Shown here: positions 13,700 through 28,711 of the stretch, one piece after another | Layout: every line of letters begins with the position of its first letter | How positions within the stretch are numbered: the first letter of the stretch is position 1 | Assembly: GCA_951406725.2 (NCBI GenBank) | Contig: OX597814.1 | Coordinates: 178,374,001 to 178,438,000, forward strand | DNA from: Octopus vulgaris | Lineage: Eukaryota | Direction of reading: 5' to 3' | DNA length: 64,000 bases | Notes under the pieces: model-generated | What the model saw: the letters and a program-made list of their open reading frames with translations, nothing else | The model's database searches: none | Told to the model about the DNA's origin: nothing | Made by a program: the position numbers and the translations under genes

Positions 13700-14835
13700 T
13701 CGTCCACCAACACCACCACCACCACCACCACCACCGCCACCACAACCACCACCGTCTCCTCTTCCTCATCATCATCATCGCCGTCGTCGTCCTCTTTAAT
13801 CATCATTCAGATTGAAAGCGAGGTGTACTGCTTGCCGAAATGGTTAGATAACCGGATAGGTACACGAGAATGGTGGTATATTAGTTATAATAGTAGTATA
13901 GTTTATTGGGGTGGTAGTTGTGTGTAGTTTTGTCAATACTGCTTGGTATATTATGACTTGCTAGAAATAGTTAAGGACGATCGCAAGATCATTGGTGACT
14001 TCTTAACGGCAACCTGCTGATGGTGGCAATGGTGGTGATGGTATTGAATATATCACATGGCAATGGTATACTGGTGATAATAATTATCATGATAATCATC
14101 ACGATGATATCGATAACTGATGACAATATAAGTGGTATGGCATGACATGCTGGTTGTGGTCTTAGTAACACCATAGTCACATGGTAGTGGTATCGTGGTG
14201 CTATAGACGTTAGTCACATGTTAGTGAATGGTGGTAGTATTTATGACGGCATTAATGATGGTAACATACCGGTTGTGTTAGTGGTGATGGCCATGTGTTC
14301 GGGTAGGGGTATTTGATAGTTTGGGTATGGTAGGGTAAGATTGTAGTGATGGTCGTGGCGGTATTGATACTAACAACATGCAAGCGAGTTTTGGCAGTGA
14401 CAGCTGTAGTGTTACTGTGGATAGTGACATAGTAGTGGTAATGGTGGTGGTGGTGGTGGTGGTGGTGTTATTGGCGATAGTTTAGTAGTATTGGTGCTGG
14501 TGACACTGTAATAGTGGCGGTGTTAGTAGCGATGGTTGTAGTTTTTGGAAATTGAAAACCAAGGTGTTAGCGAAGTATTTTGTTCCTGGCGCTGGGGGTT
14601 AATATACAGTGTTGGAAATTGTACTGTGGTGGTGGTGAAGATAATTTACTGTGGTGGTAGTGATGTTGGTGTTGGTGGTGGTCGTGGTGGTCGTGGAAAA
14701 TGTGGCACTCTGTGTTTCACATAGCAAGCTGAAGGCTGTCTAACTCCGAATCTCACTACCAGAGCTATAGGGGTTGATATTCGTAGTGAGGTGGTGACAA
14801 TGTCGATGACGACTGTGATGATATTGATGATGATA

Positions 14836-14872
<37 letters not shown>

Positions 14873-15130
14873 GTGATGGTGATGGTGATGGGGATGATGA
14901 TGATGAGGAGGAGGAGGAGGGCACTGGCGGTGTTTGTGATGTTGGTGGCGCTCGTGTCGTAATCCAGGCTATAATGATTGTTATGATGAGAGTAATCATG
15001 ATGATGGCTACGGCGTGGATGCTAACACTCGATGCGATGGCCTGTTGTGTTGGCGACGGTGATAATAATGATGATAATATGGAGAAGACGAAAATACGAG
15101 GAGTTGGAGAAGAAGGGAGAGGGGAAGGCA
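13700..15130. repeat. Cryptically simple GGT/GAT/AGT trinucleotide-rich region
   Basis: Runs of (CAC), (GGT), (GAT) and (GAG) with degenerate triplets between them; no recognisable protein. Confidence 0.7.
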
Positions 15131-15476
15131 GCAAGGAAGGGATGCTGGTGGCCATGGTGCAAGAAGTGGTATCTTTCACAGACACACACGCACGGAAAAA
15201 CACTTATACGCAAACACTAGTACACACGCACATAGGTACCAATATGCGTGTGTGTGTGTGTGTAGATATATGTATATGACTGTAATATTTTATAGTTACA
15301 TATATTTATAGGCGGGCATATACACACACACACATATACACATCTCCATATGTAAGGGAATGTAATACATATGTACATGCGTATGTATATATATATATGG
15401 ATATGTGTGTGTGTGTGTGTATTTGTGTATCTATACGTGTGTATATATTGAATATATATATATGTATATATATATG

Positions 15477-15507
<31 letters not shown>

Positions 15508-16145
15508 GTATATTGTACATATATATATATATATGTATATATATATATGCACATATATAATATAATACAGTATATATATATATAATATGGACATGACTGT
15601 ACATACGTAATTACATATTATATACATATATACATACATGCATACATACATATTCATATGTGTATGTAGGTATATGTATATATTACTTTATTCCCGTATA
15701 CAGTCACAAATTTAAAACACACATAGACATACTGAAAAATTAAAAGCATGGCAAGAGCTTATACGAATTAATAAAATAGAGTAATAAAGGAGAAAATAAA
15801 ATTGACCTTCTGTTTGTTAGTTTGCAGTGTATGGTCTCTCAAGTAATACATATTTTAAGAAGTTGTATTCAATAAGGTTCTGCTACAGTTCTTTTCCGTT
15901 TGGCGTAGTAATTGTTTGGCGTAGTAATTGTTGCTGTCGTTTTTTTCTTTAGTTTTTTTTTTCCTTTCTTTTTTTTCTCACTTTAGATGCTTATATATTC
16001 TCTCTCTCGGTACATATTCTCTTTGTAGTTTTCCTTTCCTTTATTCCTCCTGCTTGCTTTCTTTTCACTTCCTACTCTTGTTTGTTTGGAAATGAATATT
16101 TTTTTTTTCCTGATGTTTTCCGATGTAAAAAAAATCTTTGTTAAA

Positions 16146-16221
<76 letters not shown>

Positions 16222-16735
16222 TAATATTTATTATTATTATTATTATGTTATTTCTTTTTCTTTGAAATTTTATTATACATTTTCCAATTTAGATAGACAT
16301 TCTTAAAAAATTTTAAAATTTTTATGCTTAAAATTTTGTACATTTAACATACTGTTTTTTTCTTTTCATTTCTATTTTTTTAAATATTTTAAACATTTTC
16401 TTTTTTTGCTTACATTTTTTTCTTTGTTGTTAAATACTTCCTACATTTTTCCCACAATAAAAAAAAAAATCTCTACACATCATTTTCTTTCCGATTATTA
16501 GATTCCATGTTGTGGTTGTTGTTGTTGTTGGTGGTGGTGGTGGTGCAGTTGTTGTTGTTGTTGTTGTTGTTGTTTTTGTTTATTATGTGGATGATACATA
16601 ATACCACTCATGATGGTAATAATGACGATCACATTTGGAATTTGTTAAAAAAAAAATTTCCGCTCATACACGCACACGCGCGCGTAAAATACTTTTAAAA
16701 TATCATAACATACTAAAAATGGCAACGGAAATATC

Positions 16736-16791
<56 letters not shown>

Positions 16792-17127
16792 TAATAACGT
16801 AATCCTTCCACTTCACGTAAAAAAAAGACAACTGTTGAGGTTATGTGGTTGTGGTAGATCAATGATATTTCTTATTTATTTAATTAATTTTTTAAAACAT
16901 TGATGTGTTGGGTGTGGTTTTGATTGATATGATGAAACGATGTGAGTATGGTTATGTATATGGATGCGGAATGGGTATGGTTATGGCACGGTATATATGT
17001 ATATATATATCACTCTCTTTCTCACTTTCATCGCACGCTTCCTGCTTTCGCTCTCCCCACCTGTTTTTGTTTTTCTATATTATTTGCTATTATGTATGCG
17101 TTCTCACTCACTTGTCTGTGTTATTTG

Positions 17128-17238
17128 TTATGTTCTTTTCTTTTGTTTTTGATCTTTTTCCTGGTGAAACACAGCTGTAAATAAGTGAGGGGTCGTGAGC
17201 GTGGCGCGAGAATTCAGACCAATATTTGTATCATCCAT
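17128..17238 (-). other. Candidate 36-aa small ORF/uORF MDDTNIGLNSRATLTTPHLFTAVFHQEKDQKQKKRT
   Basis: Start context ACAACAATGG (A at -3, G at +4) in non-repetitive, CpG-containing sequence; donor-like CAA|GTGAGT 16 nt after the stop. No homology recognised. Confidence 0.25.
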
Positions 17239-17489
17239 TGTTGTTTGTATACATACAGCGTGAGCTGGCTGGTTGGCCGGCTTACTGGCTGGTTGGTTGG
17301 TTGGCTGATATAGTAGATATAGTACTGCTGTTGTTCGGCAAGGCGGTGTGTATGAGTAGGAGGGTAGTTTTGAGTGGAAAAACTTCGTAGTAAAACCTTT
17401 TGCTATTTACTGCACTACTACTACTGCAAGCTAGCTGCTTGCTACCTTGCAGTAGAAGTATGAACAGCGGCAGTAGTTATTCCAACTTG

Positions 17490-19095
<1,606 letters not shown>

Positions 19096-20504
19096 ATGAT
19101 AAGTGGTTTGGTTCGGAAAGAAATATCCAAAAAGATTATAAAAAAACATCAATAACATCTTTTTCATTCTTTGTATTACTTACAGCATTTTATAGTATTA
19201 TTAACTACAATATTATCAATGTTTAGCCCAAGATCAAAAATGATCCAAATGTGATTATCATGTTCTTGCCTTTATTTCAGTCACACTGTATTTATCTATC
19301 CATTATATAATCCAATGTATCGTTCCGAATGTGTGATCTGAAGGTTATTTGGGTGTCTATCTCGTGCAGACTTGCAAAGGGCTCCTCGTTGATTACTATA
19401 GCTGATAATTGTAGCCAAGTAGCAAATAGGCAGAGTTATTTGTCGGGTTCGGTATCGTATTGGAATAAATACCTTGAGACATTTTTCCGAATTAGTTCGA
19501 CTCGAGTTGAAATTGAGCAGAGATTACCTTCTTTTTATATCCTTTTCGGTATATATATATAAATATATATAAAACCATCTTTTTATATCCTTTTGTATCA
19601 AGCATAGCATAACATCGGTGATGTGGAGAGCGGAGATTTTTTTACATGGGCAAGTGTTGATCTATGAACTAACTTGCAAAATTCAACCCAAACAATATCT
19701 ATTTGGAATGCCAAATAGATAGCTCTGCGGCAATCGTTCCTCCTTACTACGTTAAAAACTGTCCGAAGTTAACTTTGAATTTCGTCCTTTCGGGGTTAAC
19801 AAAAAAGAACTGACTCTGATCCTGTAAAAGGGCTAATTCTTCTCTGTCTCTCACTCTTTCTTCTGTCGCTTTGATTTTCTCTTTCCTGAATATAATTGGT
19901 TGTGTCTAAAGATGCCCAAAACATGCTATTGCTATATACTTTAACAGCGCCCCTAAGACCCCTTTATTGAATTGACGATCCGAATCAAGATGGTAACTCT
20001 TACCCTCACATATACCATATACAGGAGTCTTTCTGTTGCATAAGGGTCATCCGTGATAGGGAGAATCTGAGAATGACCATCTGCATTAACGGAGGAAGCA
20101 GTATAAGTTCGCACAATCTCCCTGAAGTCTCACAATGAACATTTTGAAGAAAAGAAAATATCGACTAACAGAATACCAATTCTACAAAAATAGGAAATAG
20201 TGCCTTTTATCATAGCGCTGAGGGATCATAACACCTTCGGTGGGGGGGGCGATAACCAACAGCAAATACAAAACCCTGCATTAAAGAAATCGTGGTAAGC
20301 AGTTAGATCATTATAGACAGATTTTAATAACTATGTTAGAATTACTGTAGATTGACAGGACATGCCTATGATTAAAATGTGTACCAACACCATAATTATA
20401 ATTCCTGCGCCTTTTCAAATGCTCCGAATATAATTTTCATTGGATTTTTTTAGCATAACCGCATTCAGACTGCCATATTTTCATTCGGATCTTTGATGTG
20501 ACTA

Positions 20505-21975
20505 CTGGGCTATCCCATAAATAATGCGGATTCTCAATTGCATGAACTAAAAGTCAGAGGGGTTCGGGATAAACTAATTGCATCAACTTGCTATAAAAGT
20601 AGGCAGTAATTTTACCTTGTACTATTTTTAATACAAGTTTTGAAGAGTGCAGTTCGATCTTAACAGTTATTCTTTTCAAAGCAATAATGGAAGTGACAAA
20701 GGAGCATATTCGGTATATTTCGCGTTATGAGTTCAATAAAGGCAACAACGGAACGAAAAGTGCGAGGAATATTAATTAATGCAGTATAAGGGGATCTGAC
20801 AATAAACGCAAATCAGTGTCAACGGTGATTCCAGAAATTCCGAACCGGAAACTGCAGACTAGAAGATAGCCCTCTTTGTGAAAGATCTGTAGAGCTCGAC
20901 GTTGACGCGCTGCAAACCCTGGTGGAACAAAATCCCAACGTAACTGTTGAGAAACTAGGTAAGATTCTTGGATTTGGTCGTTCAACTATTCATCGACACT
21001 TGCGTGCCTTCGGAAAAGGCAACAAATTGGTTCAATGGGTTTCTTACACACTTTCCGTGTCTAATCGCGCTCAGATAGTGAATGTATGCTCTTCTTTGCT
21101 ATTGCGTCTTACGAATGAAATTTGTTTTGGCCCAATAGTGACTGTTAATGAGAAATGGGTTCTTTATAAAATGCCAAGCATCGAAGACAGTGGTTAGGGA
21201 AAGGAGAAACGCCATGAGTTGTTATGAAAGGTTTAGTCCACTTTGAACTTTTAAACTCAAATTAAACGGTAACAAAGGATAGGTGCTGCGAGCAGCTTCA
21301 CCGGCTCAAGTTAGCGCAAGAAGAAAAACAACTATCTTTGGTTTCAAGACAAAACGTGTTCTTCCATCAGGATAATCTTTTCTACTCTAGGCACAAGGCC
21401 TAAAATTTTGGGGAAGGCGCCATTCGTTTAGATCGACTCCAGTGCGCAACTGGTACTTAAATTATTGATCCCGAAAGGATGAAAGGCAAAGTCGACCTCG
21501 GCGGAATTAGAACTCAGATAGTAAAGACAGACGAAATACTGCTAAGCATTTCACCCGGCGTGCTAACGTTTCTACCAGCTCGCCGCCTTGTTGTTCCATC
21601 AGAATAATGCTCGGCCACATACAGCGAGGATTACATTCGAAAGGCCGGAGAAGTTTGAATGAGGAACGATATCTCATCTACCATATTCGCCGGACATCGC
21701 GCTATCTGATTATTATTTATCCTGCAGTCTTCAAAATCATTTTGACGGAAAAGAGATAAATTCTGTAGACGAGTTCAGAACAGTAATGGAGGAGTATTTT
21801 TCGCCTCGGGCAAGGGAATTTTGGAAGAGGGGCTTTGCAATTCTACCAGATAGATAGAAGAGCATTTAAGAAAATAAAGTAAAATATGTTTAAGATTAAA
21901 AGAGAACTTTGTTTATCTTAATTTTAAAAACTAAACAAAGTATTAAAAAACTCCATAATTTATGGGATGACCCAA
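20505..21975 (+). mobile_element. Mariner (DD34D) DNA transposon, decayed, with a nested SINE
   Basis: TIRs CTGGGCTATCCCATAAATAATG / TTGGGTCATCCCATAAATTATG (reverse complement), TA on both flanks. Transposase from ATG 20687 (MEVTKEHIR), with IVTVNEKW, FHQ(D)NARPH and PYSPDIALSD; 34 residues between the last two D; stops and frameshifts. Confidence 0.95.
21377..21588 (-). mobile_element. SINE family C (Nin/Deu-type core), tail type 1, inserted in the mariner
   Basis: Core GTCGACTTTGCCTTTCATCCTTTCGGG; 20-bp TSD at 21357-21376 / 21589-21608 (2 mismatches) duplicating the FHQDN codons. Confidence 0.92.
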
Positions 21976-23520
21976 TAAATACAAACAATGCATTTAAATA
22001 TAAAGTTAATAATGATATATTTTCCACCTTTGGACATACTACATTAAACAAAAAAAATAATTCAAAATAACAATCGGCATTTCTTACAAGCATTCCAGTT
22101 TTTTGTGTTTTTTTAGAGTATTCCAACGTGATAATCACATAATATATACTTCCCAATCACTTTGTTTTCAAGGACGTATTGACTAATATCGTACGGGTTA
22201 TTTATGCCTGAAAAATATAAGGTAGCCTTGAATGTAGAATCGTAGATAATTTGAACAGATTTGGGGCTGCTCTACGACAATTAGTGACAGGCATGTATAC
22301 GCTGAATACGTACTTAAGTATGTGTATATGTTTGCATATACATACATACAGAAACACACGCACATATATGTACATATAAATATACATATACGTGTGTGTG
22401 TATGTGTATGTGTGTATGTGTATGTATGTGTGTATGTGTATGTGTATGTATATACGTGTGTGTGTATGTGTATGTGTGTATGTGTATGTGTGTATGTGTG
22501 TATGCGTATGTGTGTGTGAGTTTGTATGTATATGTATGTATATGCTACCGTCTAGAATACAGAATCAGATTGGTATTAAATAATATTTGAAGTAGCGTTA
22601 ACTTATCCTGTAAAATGCTATAAAACTATTCAAAATTACACACACACACACGTGTATATATATATATACATATATATATACATGTGTGTGTGTGAATGTA
22701 TGTATAGATAGACACATATGCATATATATCTTTCTATACATACATATATACACATATATACATATGCCAATATATATATATGTATGTATGTATCTATCTA
22801 TCTATCTCTCTCTCTATATATATATATACACATATATATAATCTTACACACACACATACATACATACATATATTCATGTATATAAATATTATTGAGATAC
22901 ACAAGTATACAGATATGAACACACACGTGAATACACACACAGTCCCCACGCATTTCATTCATGCGGATGGTTATCTTTGAAATCAGATGTGGTGCTTATC
23001 CGAGCGAATGTTAAATTGGTTGGTTGGTTGGTTGATTTACATATACAAGCTGTGCTTAGCATATGACACAACATGTTATATTTTATATATATATATTGTG
23101 GGAATATTTGTTGTTTTACTTGTTGTTATTTATGATGTTGTTGAAATTTTATGATGTTCTAATTTTTGATATTGTTTTTGATATAGTTTCTCTGTTGCAG
23201 ATTTGAGAATTAACAAAAACAGAAAAGAGAAAAAAAAATGGTGAATGAAGGAAAACAGGAAATAATTCAAGGTTGGCACAAACGAATTGCCGAAACTAAA
23301 CAGTAGAAATGGAATTCATTCAATTCATCCATACCACACTCACACACATCCATACATTAGCGCACAAACACGCAAATCCATGCACAAAAATATGTAATTC
23401 ATAGGTGTGTGTCTCTATATATATATATTTAGTTAATACAAACATGAAAACACAACACCGCGAGGACGTGGAACAAGTATAGTGTTATTGGACGCTCAGG
23501 AAAGGAAAGAAAGAAGGAGG

Positions 23521-23555
23521 ATTTAACTTTTCGAGCGGAGCGCTTCGTCAGAAAC
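23521..23555 (-). ncRNA. Minimal type I hammerhead-like motif (Penelope pLTR type), decayed
   Basis: GTTT CTGACGA A GCGC TCC GCTC GAAA AG TT AAAT: canonical CUGANGA/GAAA core with mismatches in stems II and III. Confidence 0.55.
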
Positions 23556-23653
23556 ATAGAAAAAGGAAAGGTCCAAGGAAGGGAAGACGGAGAAAGAGAA
23601 TCGCCAACGATACAGACACATGTACACACACACACAGACATATAGATATATAG

Positions 23654-23741
<88 letters not shown>

Positions 23742-23813
23742 CTTTATGAAGGCAGGTGGAGTACAAACAAACAATTGTATTAGTATGGCGCTCAGGAATA
23801 TAAATAAAACAAG

Positions 23814-23851
23814 TCTATTACGTTTCGGGCCTACGCTCTTCAACAGAAAGA
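23814..23851 (-). ncRNA. Minimal hammerhead-like motif with CUGUUGA core
   Basis: TCTTT CTGTTGA A GAGC GTAG GCCC GAAA CG TA ATAGA: palindromic ACGT stem III and a GUA triplet. Confidence 0.5.
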
Positions 23852-23897
23852 TACACAGAAAAGAAACGCGGAGAGAAACGCGGAGAGAAAAAAATGC

Positions 23898-23978
<81 letters not shown>

Positions 23979-23987
23979 TGCATACAT

Positions 23988-24117
23988 ACACTCACAAGGC
24001 TTTGGTGGTTCCGAGGCTATAGTAGAAGACATTTGTCCAAGGTGCCACGCAGTGGGATGACCCCAGAACTATGTGGTTGGTAAGCAAGCTACTTACGACA
24101 CAGCCACTTCTGCGCCT
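23988..24117 (-). mobile_element. SINE family B (CORE-like), 5' part only
   Basis: Reverse complement of the head of the 31865 copy. Confidence 0.9.
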
Positions 24118-25156
24118 ATAATATATATATATACACACATACACACACACACACGCAACATATTAAACGCGCAAACGCATACACACACACACAGACACAC
24201 GCACACACATACATACGCAGGTGTATCAACGTGGTGTAACAAGCACAAGTACTTAATATATTTATTTGGAACTGTAAGCATATAATATCGGATAAATTCA
24301 GTTGCATATTAACGTTTTGTGACCGTGGAATGTATCATCTTAAGATATGCTGAGATAAGTGAAGAGAATTCCTGAAATCTTTTTAATATAGCTTTTTTTT
24401 TTGCATATTTATTTGTATCTCAGTTCATCATGTCCGATTAGGTGATTATTTTGACTAGGGAGTATCTGCGATTATTTTATAATCTCTGCGTGATAGTGCA
24501 AGCAGGTTGTTGGCGTCAAATAGTCGGTGTTATGAATGGCTTTATATTTCAGCAACAAAATTTGCCAAACGGAGATATAGCAGGCTTCCTGGTGTCAGGT
24601 TATATCTCAATGCGAATATCAAATATGACTGAGTAATATAAATATAACCGACTTATGGAAGGCTACAGTGATTTTACTCTGATTGGAAAATAATCACACA
24701 ACTGGCTAAAATATATTGTATACCCAGAAATTTCACGATAGGCTGGTGTTTAAGGGTTACGAGCTCCAATAATATGAATTTCTTTCACAGAGTTTATGTT
24801 TCAAAGTAAAATGTAAGAGAGATCGAGTTTTCTGTCGATAGGTAATACAGGATGTGGCAGTATATGTTGTTTCTCATGAAGGCAACCTGTTATTAGTTAC
24901 TTACAATTTTAAGTGTGTTGACTGCTGCTTTTATTTGTTTCCCATTCTTATAACTACTCCAGTGTCTGTAGAGTGCAAAGCAGTATGATGAACGGTTACA
25001 GACAAATACTTGGCTGTATGATTGAAAACAAAATAAACTCAACTAAAAGTATTCAAAATGATAGATGATGGTATCAAACCCGGTAACAAATTGAATACCT
25101 GTGTCTGGAATTATGATAAATCGATGAGTCTGTGAAAATTAGTTTGAAAGTTGATA

Positions 25157-25354
25157 CTAGGCCAGAAATTTTGGGTCAGTGGGGAAAGTCAATTGCATCA
25201 CCACCAGAGCTCAAATGGTATTTATTTTATAGAACCCAAAGTAATGAAAAGCAAAGTCGACTACCGCGGAATTTGAACTCAGGACGTAAAAGACGGACGA
25301 AATGCCGCTAAGCATTTGTCCGGCGTGCTAACCTTTATAGGAGCTTGTCGCCTT
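25157..25354 (-). mobile_element. SINE family C, diverged
   Basis: Aligns with 21377-21588. Confidence 0.85.
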
Positions 25355-26925
25355 ATGAATCTACCAAAATTACTCTTGTAATATTTATCCCACCTCAGTA
25401 ACAACACTTTGCACAAACGTTGAATTAACAATTCAATAATATGATATCGATAAAATAAGCACTAGGTTAATTACTGAGAATTATATAACTCACAAAAATT
25501 CTCTGAGGTTTCGACTTTATAGAAACAGCAACGAAATATCCTTTATATCACACCCTAGTTTAAAAGCAAATGGACAAACTACATATACCACAAAGTAGTC
25601 TAAGATACGCAAACTAACAAAAGCAAACTAGAACTTTCATGGAAGAAATGCTTTGATAGTTTGATGACTGACTCTAGACATCCATCTACACCAGTTCTTT
25701 ATAAACCGTTTTAATGCTTTAATTATCGCTACTTTCTTAATGCTATCACACTTTAAAGTCCCCTTCTTCTGATTTAGTGCCCTCTCTTCATCGTTTTTAA
25801 TGTTTATATTCTTATAGGTCAGATTAATTTAATTTTAGTTACTTGTTCGACTTATGAGATAATTTGTCCCGAAATTAAATATGTTGTCTCCATTAAAATC
25901 AAGTGTTTATTCTTTGTGATTTACATAAGCACCCTGCACCGACCAGCTGGAATATGTTTTATATTTCCATTTCTACTATATTTTCTACATGTTCAAACAT
26001 ATTTTTCTACCTGGTGAGTATGTATGAATGTATGTAGGTATGTATTTATTTATGTTATGTATGTATGTGCATACGTATATATGTATGTGTATGAGTGTGT
26101 ATATATATATATATATATATTTATTTATTTATTTTTTATTTTATTTATTTATCTACTTTCAGCTCACAAGCTGTGGCCATGCTGGGGCACCGCCATATAT
26201 GCATATACATATAAATTTTTTAATAATATATTATTATTAATATTAGGAAATCAATATCAAAACTCCTCAGAAAGACATACGCGTGTGAAAATAGTTGATG
26301 TATTAAAAATATATAAATAAATATAAATATGTTTAAAAATATATGTAAATATATGTATATATGTAGTCACTACACAAACATACACATACACAGAAACACA
26401 TGGGTACATATTTGTGAATATATTTGCAAACGCGTATCACAATGCCCAATCTTACAGTATAAGTGGCTGTTTTCCTTACGTGTATAGAAACGTCCTCAAA
26501 TTTTGATATTATTTTATTATATTTAGATTTAGTCTTTTTTATAAGTTATATGCTTCGGTGGTATTTATCCTTCTTTGTTTACCGTCTGCATTTGGAAGTC
26601 TTTATTACTATTGACGTGGTTCTTGTTATTGCCGTTTCATTGTTTGTGGTTAACAAGCAAATTATCACAAAATTACATCATTTTCTTTTGAATTACTATT
26701 TAAATAGATAATGATTAAGGAATCGGTAAAAATACATAATAAATCCAACTTTCTATATCTTCTCCTTAGGCCCGAACCCAATTCATTCCATTCGAAATAT
26801 CCTAGTCTGCACCAAGTTAGGTAATTAATATAAGGAGAGAGTAAGATACATGCCTCAGGTGGGAGAATCAAGCAAGGACTTATTTATACGAGAACGTGTA
26901 AAATATTTGTGTTAAGACTTTGTAT

Positions 26926-26972
<47 letters not shown>

Positions 26973-27393
26973 CTTATGTATTTATTTATCTTAAATGGCT
27001 TTCAGATTCTTATGCTTAGTAAATCAGAGAATCAGAATCTAACAATGTAAGAAGAAAAAAAGAAAAGAAGAAACAATTCAGTAAAAATCATTTTTTTAAA
27101 GCAATTTCCATTTAAATCAGAAATTTAAGAGGGCCGAGGTTCTTGAAGATGCAGAAATTTACTTTTTGTGTATGGAAATATATTTCGTTTGCATTTGAAA
27201 TATATAAATATAATTTGTTTGCATTTCTAATTACATTTTCATTCTTAATAAATCGATAGTAGAGCAACAACATTTGAAATTTTCAGAAAGTGAAGCAATT
27301 AAAGCAATCAAATACAAACAAAATATATTTATGCAATTCTAATGCAAACGAATATATTTTTTATAATGAATATATGCATATATACATATGTAA

Positions 27394-27448
<55 letters not shown>

Positions 27449-27659
27449 TGTATGTACGTATGTATGTATACATAGTATATATAAAATGAATATATAGATA
27501 TATAAATATGTATATATATAATATTATATAATAATATAATATAAGTGATATATATATATAATATATAAAATAAAATAATATATCTGTTATAAAGTTTTAT
27601 ATATATATATAATGTATTTGTATGTGTATGTCTATGCATATAAATAGAAATACACATAA

Positions 27660-27700
<41 letters not shown>

Positions 27701-27897
27701 TTGTAGTTTTAGATATAAAAAATAACACTATTTAAAAGAATATAAAGATTTTATACATGAGACATTCATGTTCGAGAAATCGCACATTAAGAAATCGGAA
27801 AATCACCATGGTTTTCTACAATGATATGTATATTTGAATTTCAACTTCTGAAGGAGACACCCATGAAATAGAGAGAAACGACGAGGAATCAACGCTA

Positions 27898-27938
<41 letters not shown>

Positions 27939-28661
27939 TATATTTTTCAGGATGTTAAACGTTGTGGCTGGTCATGGTGTGATCATTAATTTCGCACCTA
28001 TAAAGCGTTTAGCAGTATAGGCGACTTTTAAGACTGAAATGTCCGAAGGTGTATAACCTCTCTACAAGTGGAGGAAGGAATGCGCCACGGGGAGTTAGTT
28101 TTGTAAGCAAAAAATATTTTTCCATGCTGCAGACGGTAGAGGCGCGTATATCCTTTACATCCGACTGAGCCGTGGTGATATGCGAAGGGGTTGTAGCGAG
28201 CCTATTCAACGAATTAAATGAAAATTCAATGAACATCTAGGAACTTACATAAACGGAAGCAAATGATGTAAGCTTTTCTTGGGAGAAAGGGCAAGAATCT
28301 TAAAAAATTCACACGGCTCGGGCATGTTTTCAACCTCCTGGAAAGTAGCAGTTAGCCAATGTCGACATCTGAAATGTTTCCTACAACAAATTTGGAATTC
28401 CCCATTTGTTAAATAAGCTCGCCGCAGACCATAAACGTGTCACCACCTCCGGAGCCGATGTATGGGTGATAAATCCCTCCCGCCTGCAGCAAGGTCAGAT
28501 ATTTTCACTCTATGATCGCCCACGACATTTAACTTTCTAAAAATATATATTACTTCTCTAATGTCTTAGAGTGTACTTCCTTTATGGATATTTGATCTAC
28601 TCACGATATGTACACACTCACATTTTATACATATATGTATATATATATGTGTGTATATATA

Positions 28662-28711
<50 letters not shown>

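Noticed and set aside
14646-15279. Overlapping 185-aa (-) and 162-aa (+) ORFs with a hydrophobic stretch and poly-D
   Set aside because: Built on GAT/GGT cryptic repeats that keep frames open on both strands; no recognisable family. Not fully excluded as an exon.
15898-15932. 16-bp tandem duplication GTTTGGCGTAGTAATT
   Set aside because: Two copies only; ordinary slippage, not an array.
27849-27875. CTGAAGG...GAAA hammerhead-like spacing
   Set aside because: No pairing for stem I or stem II.
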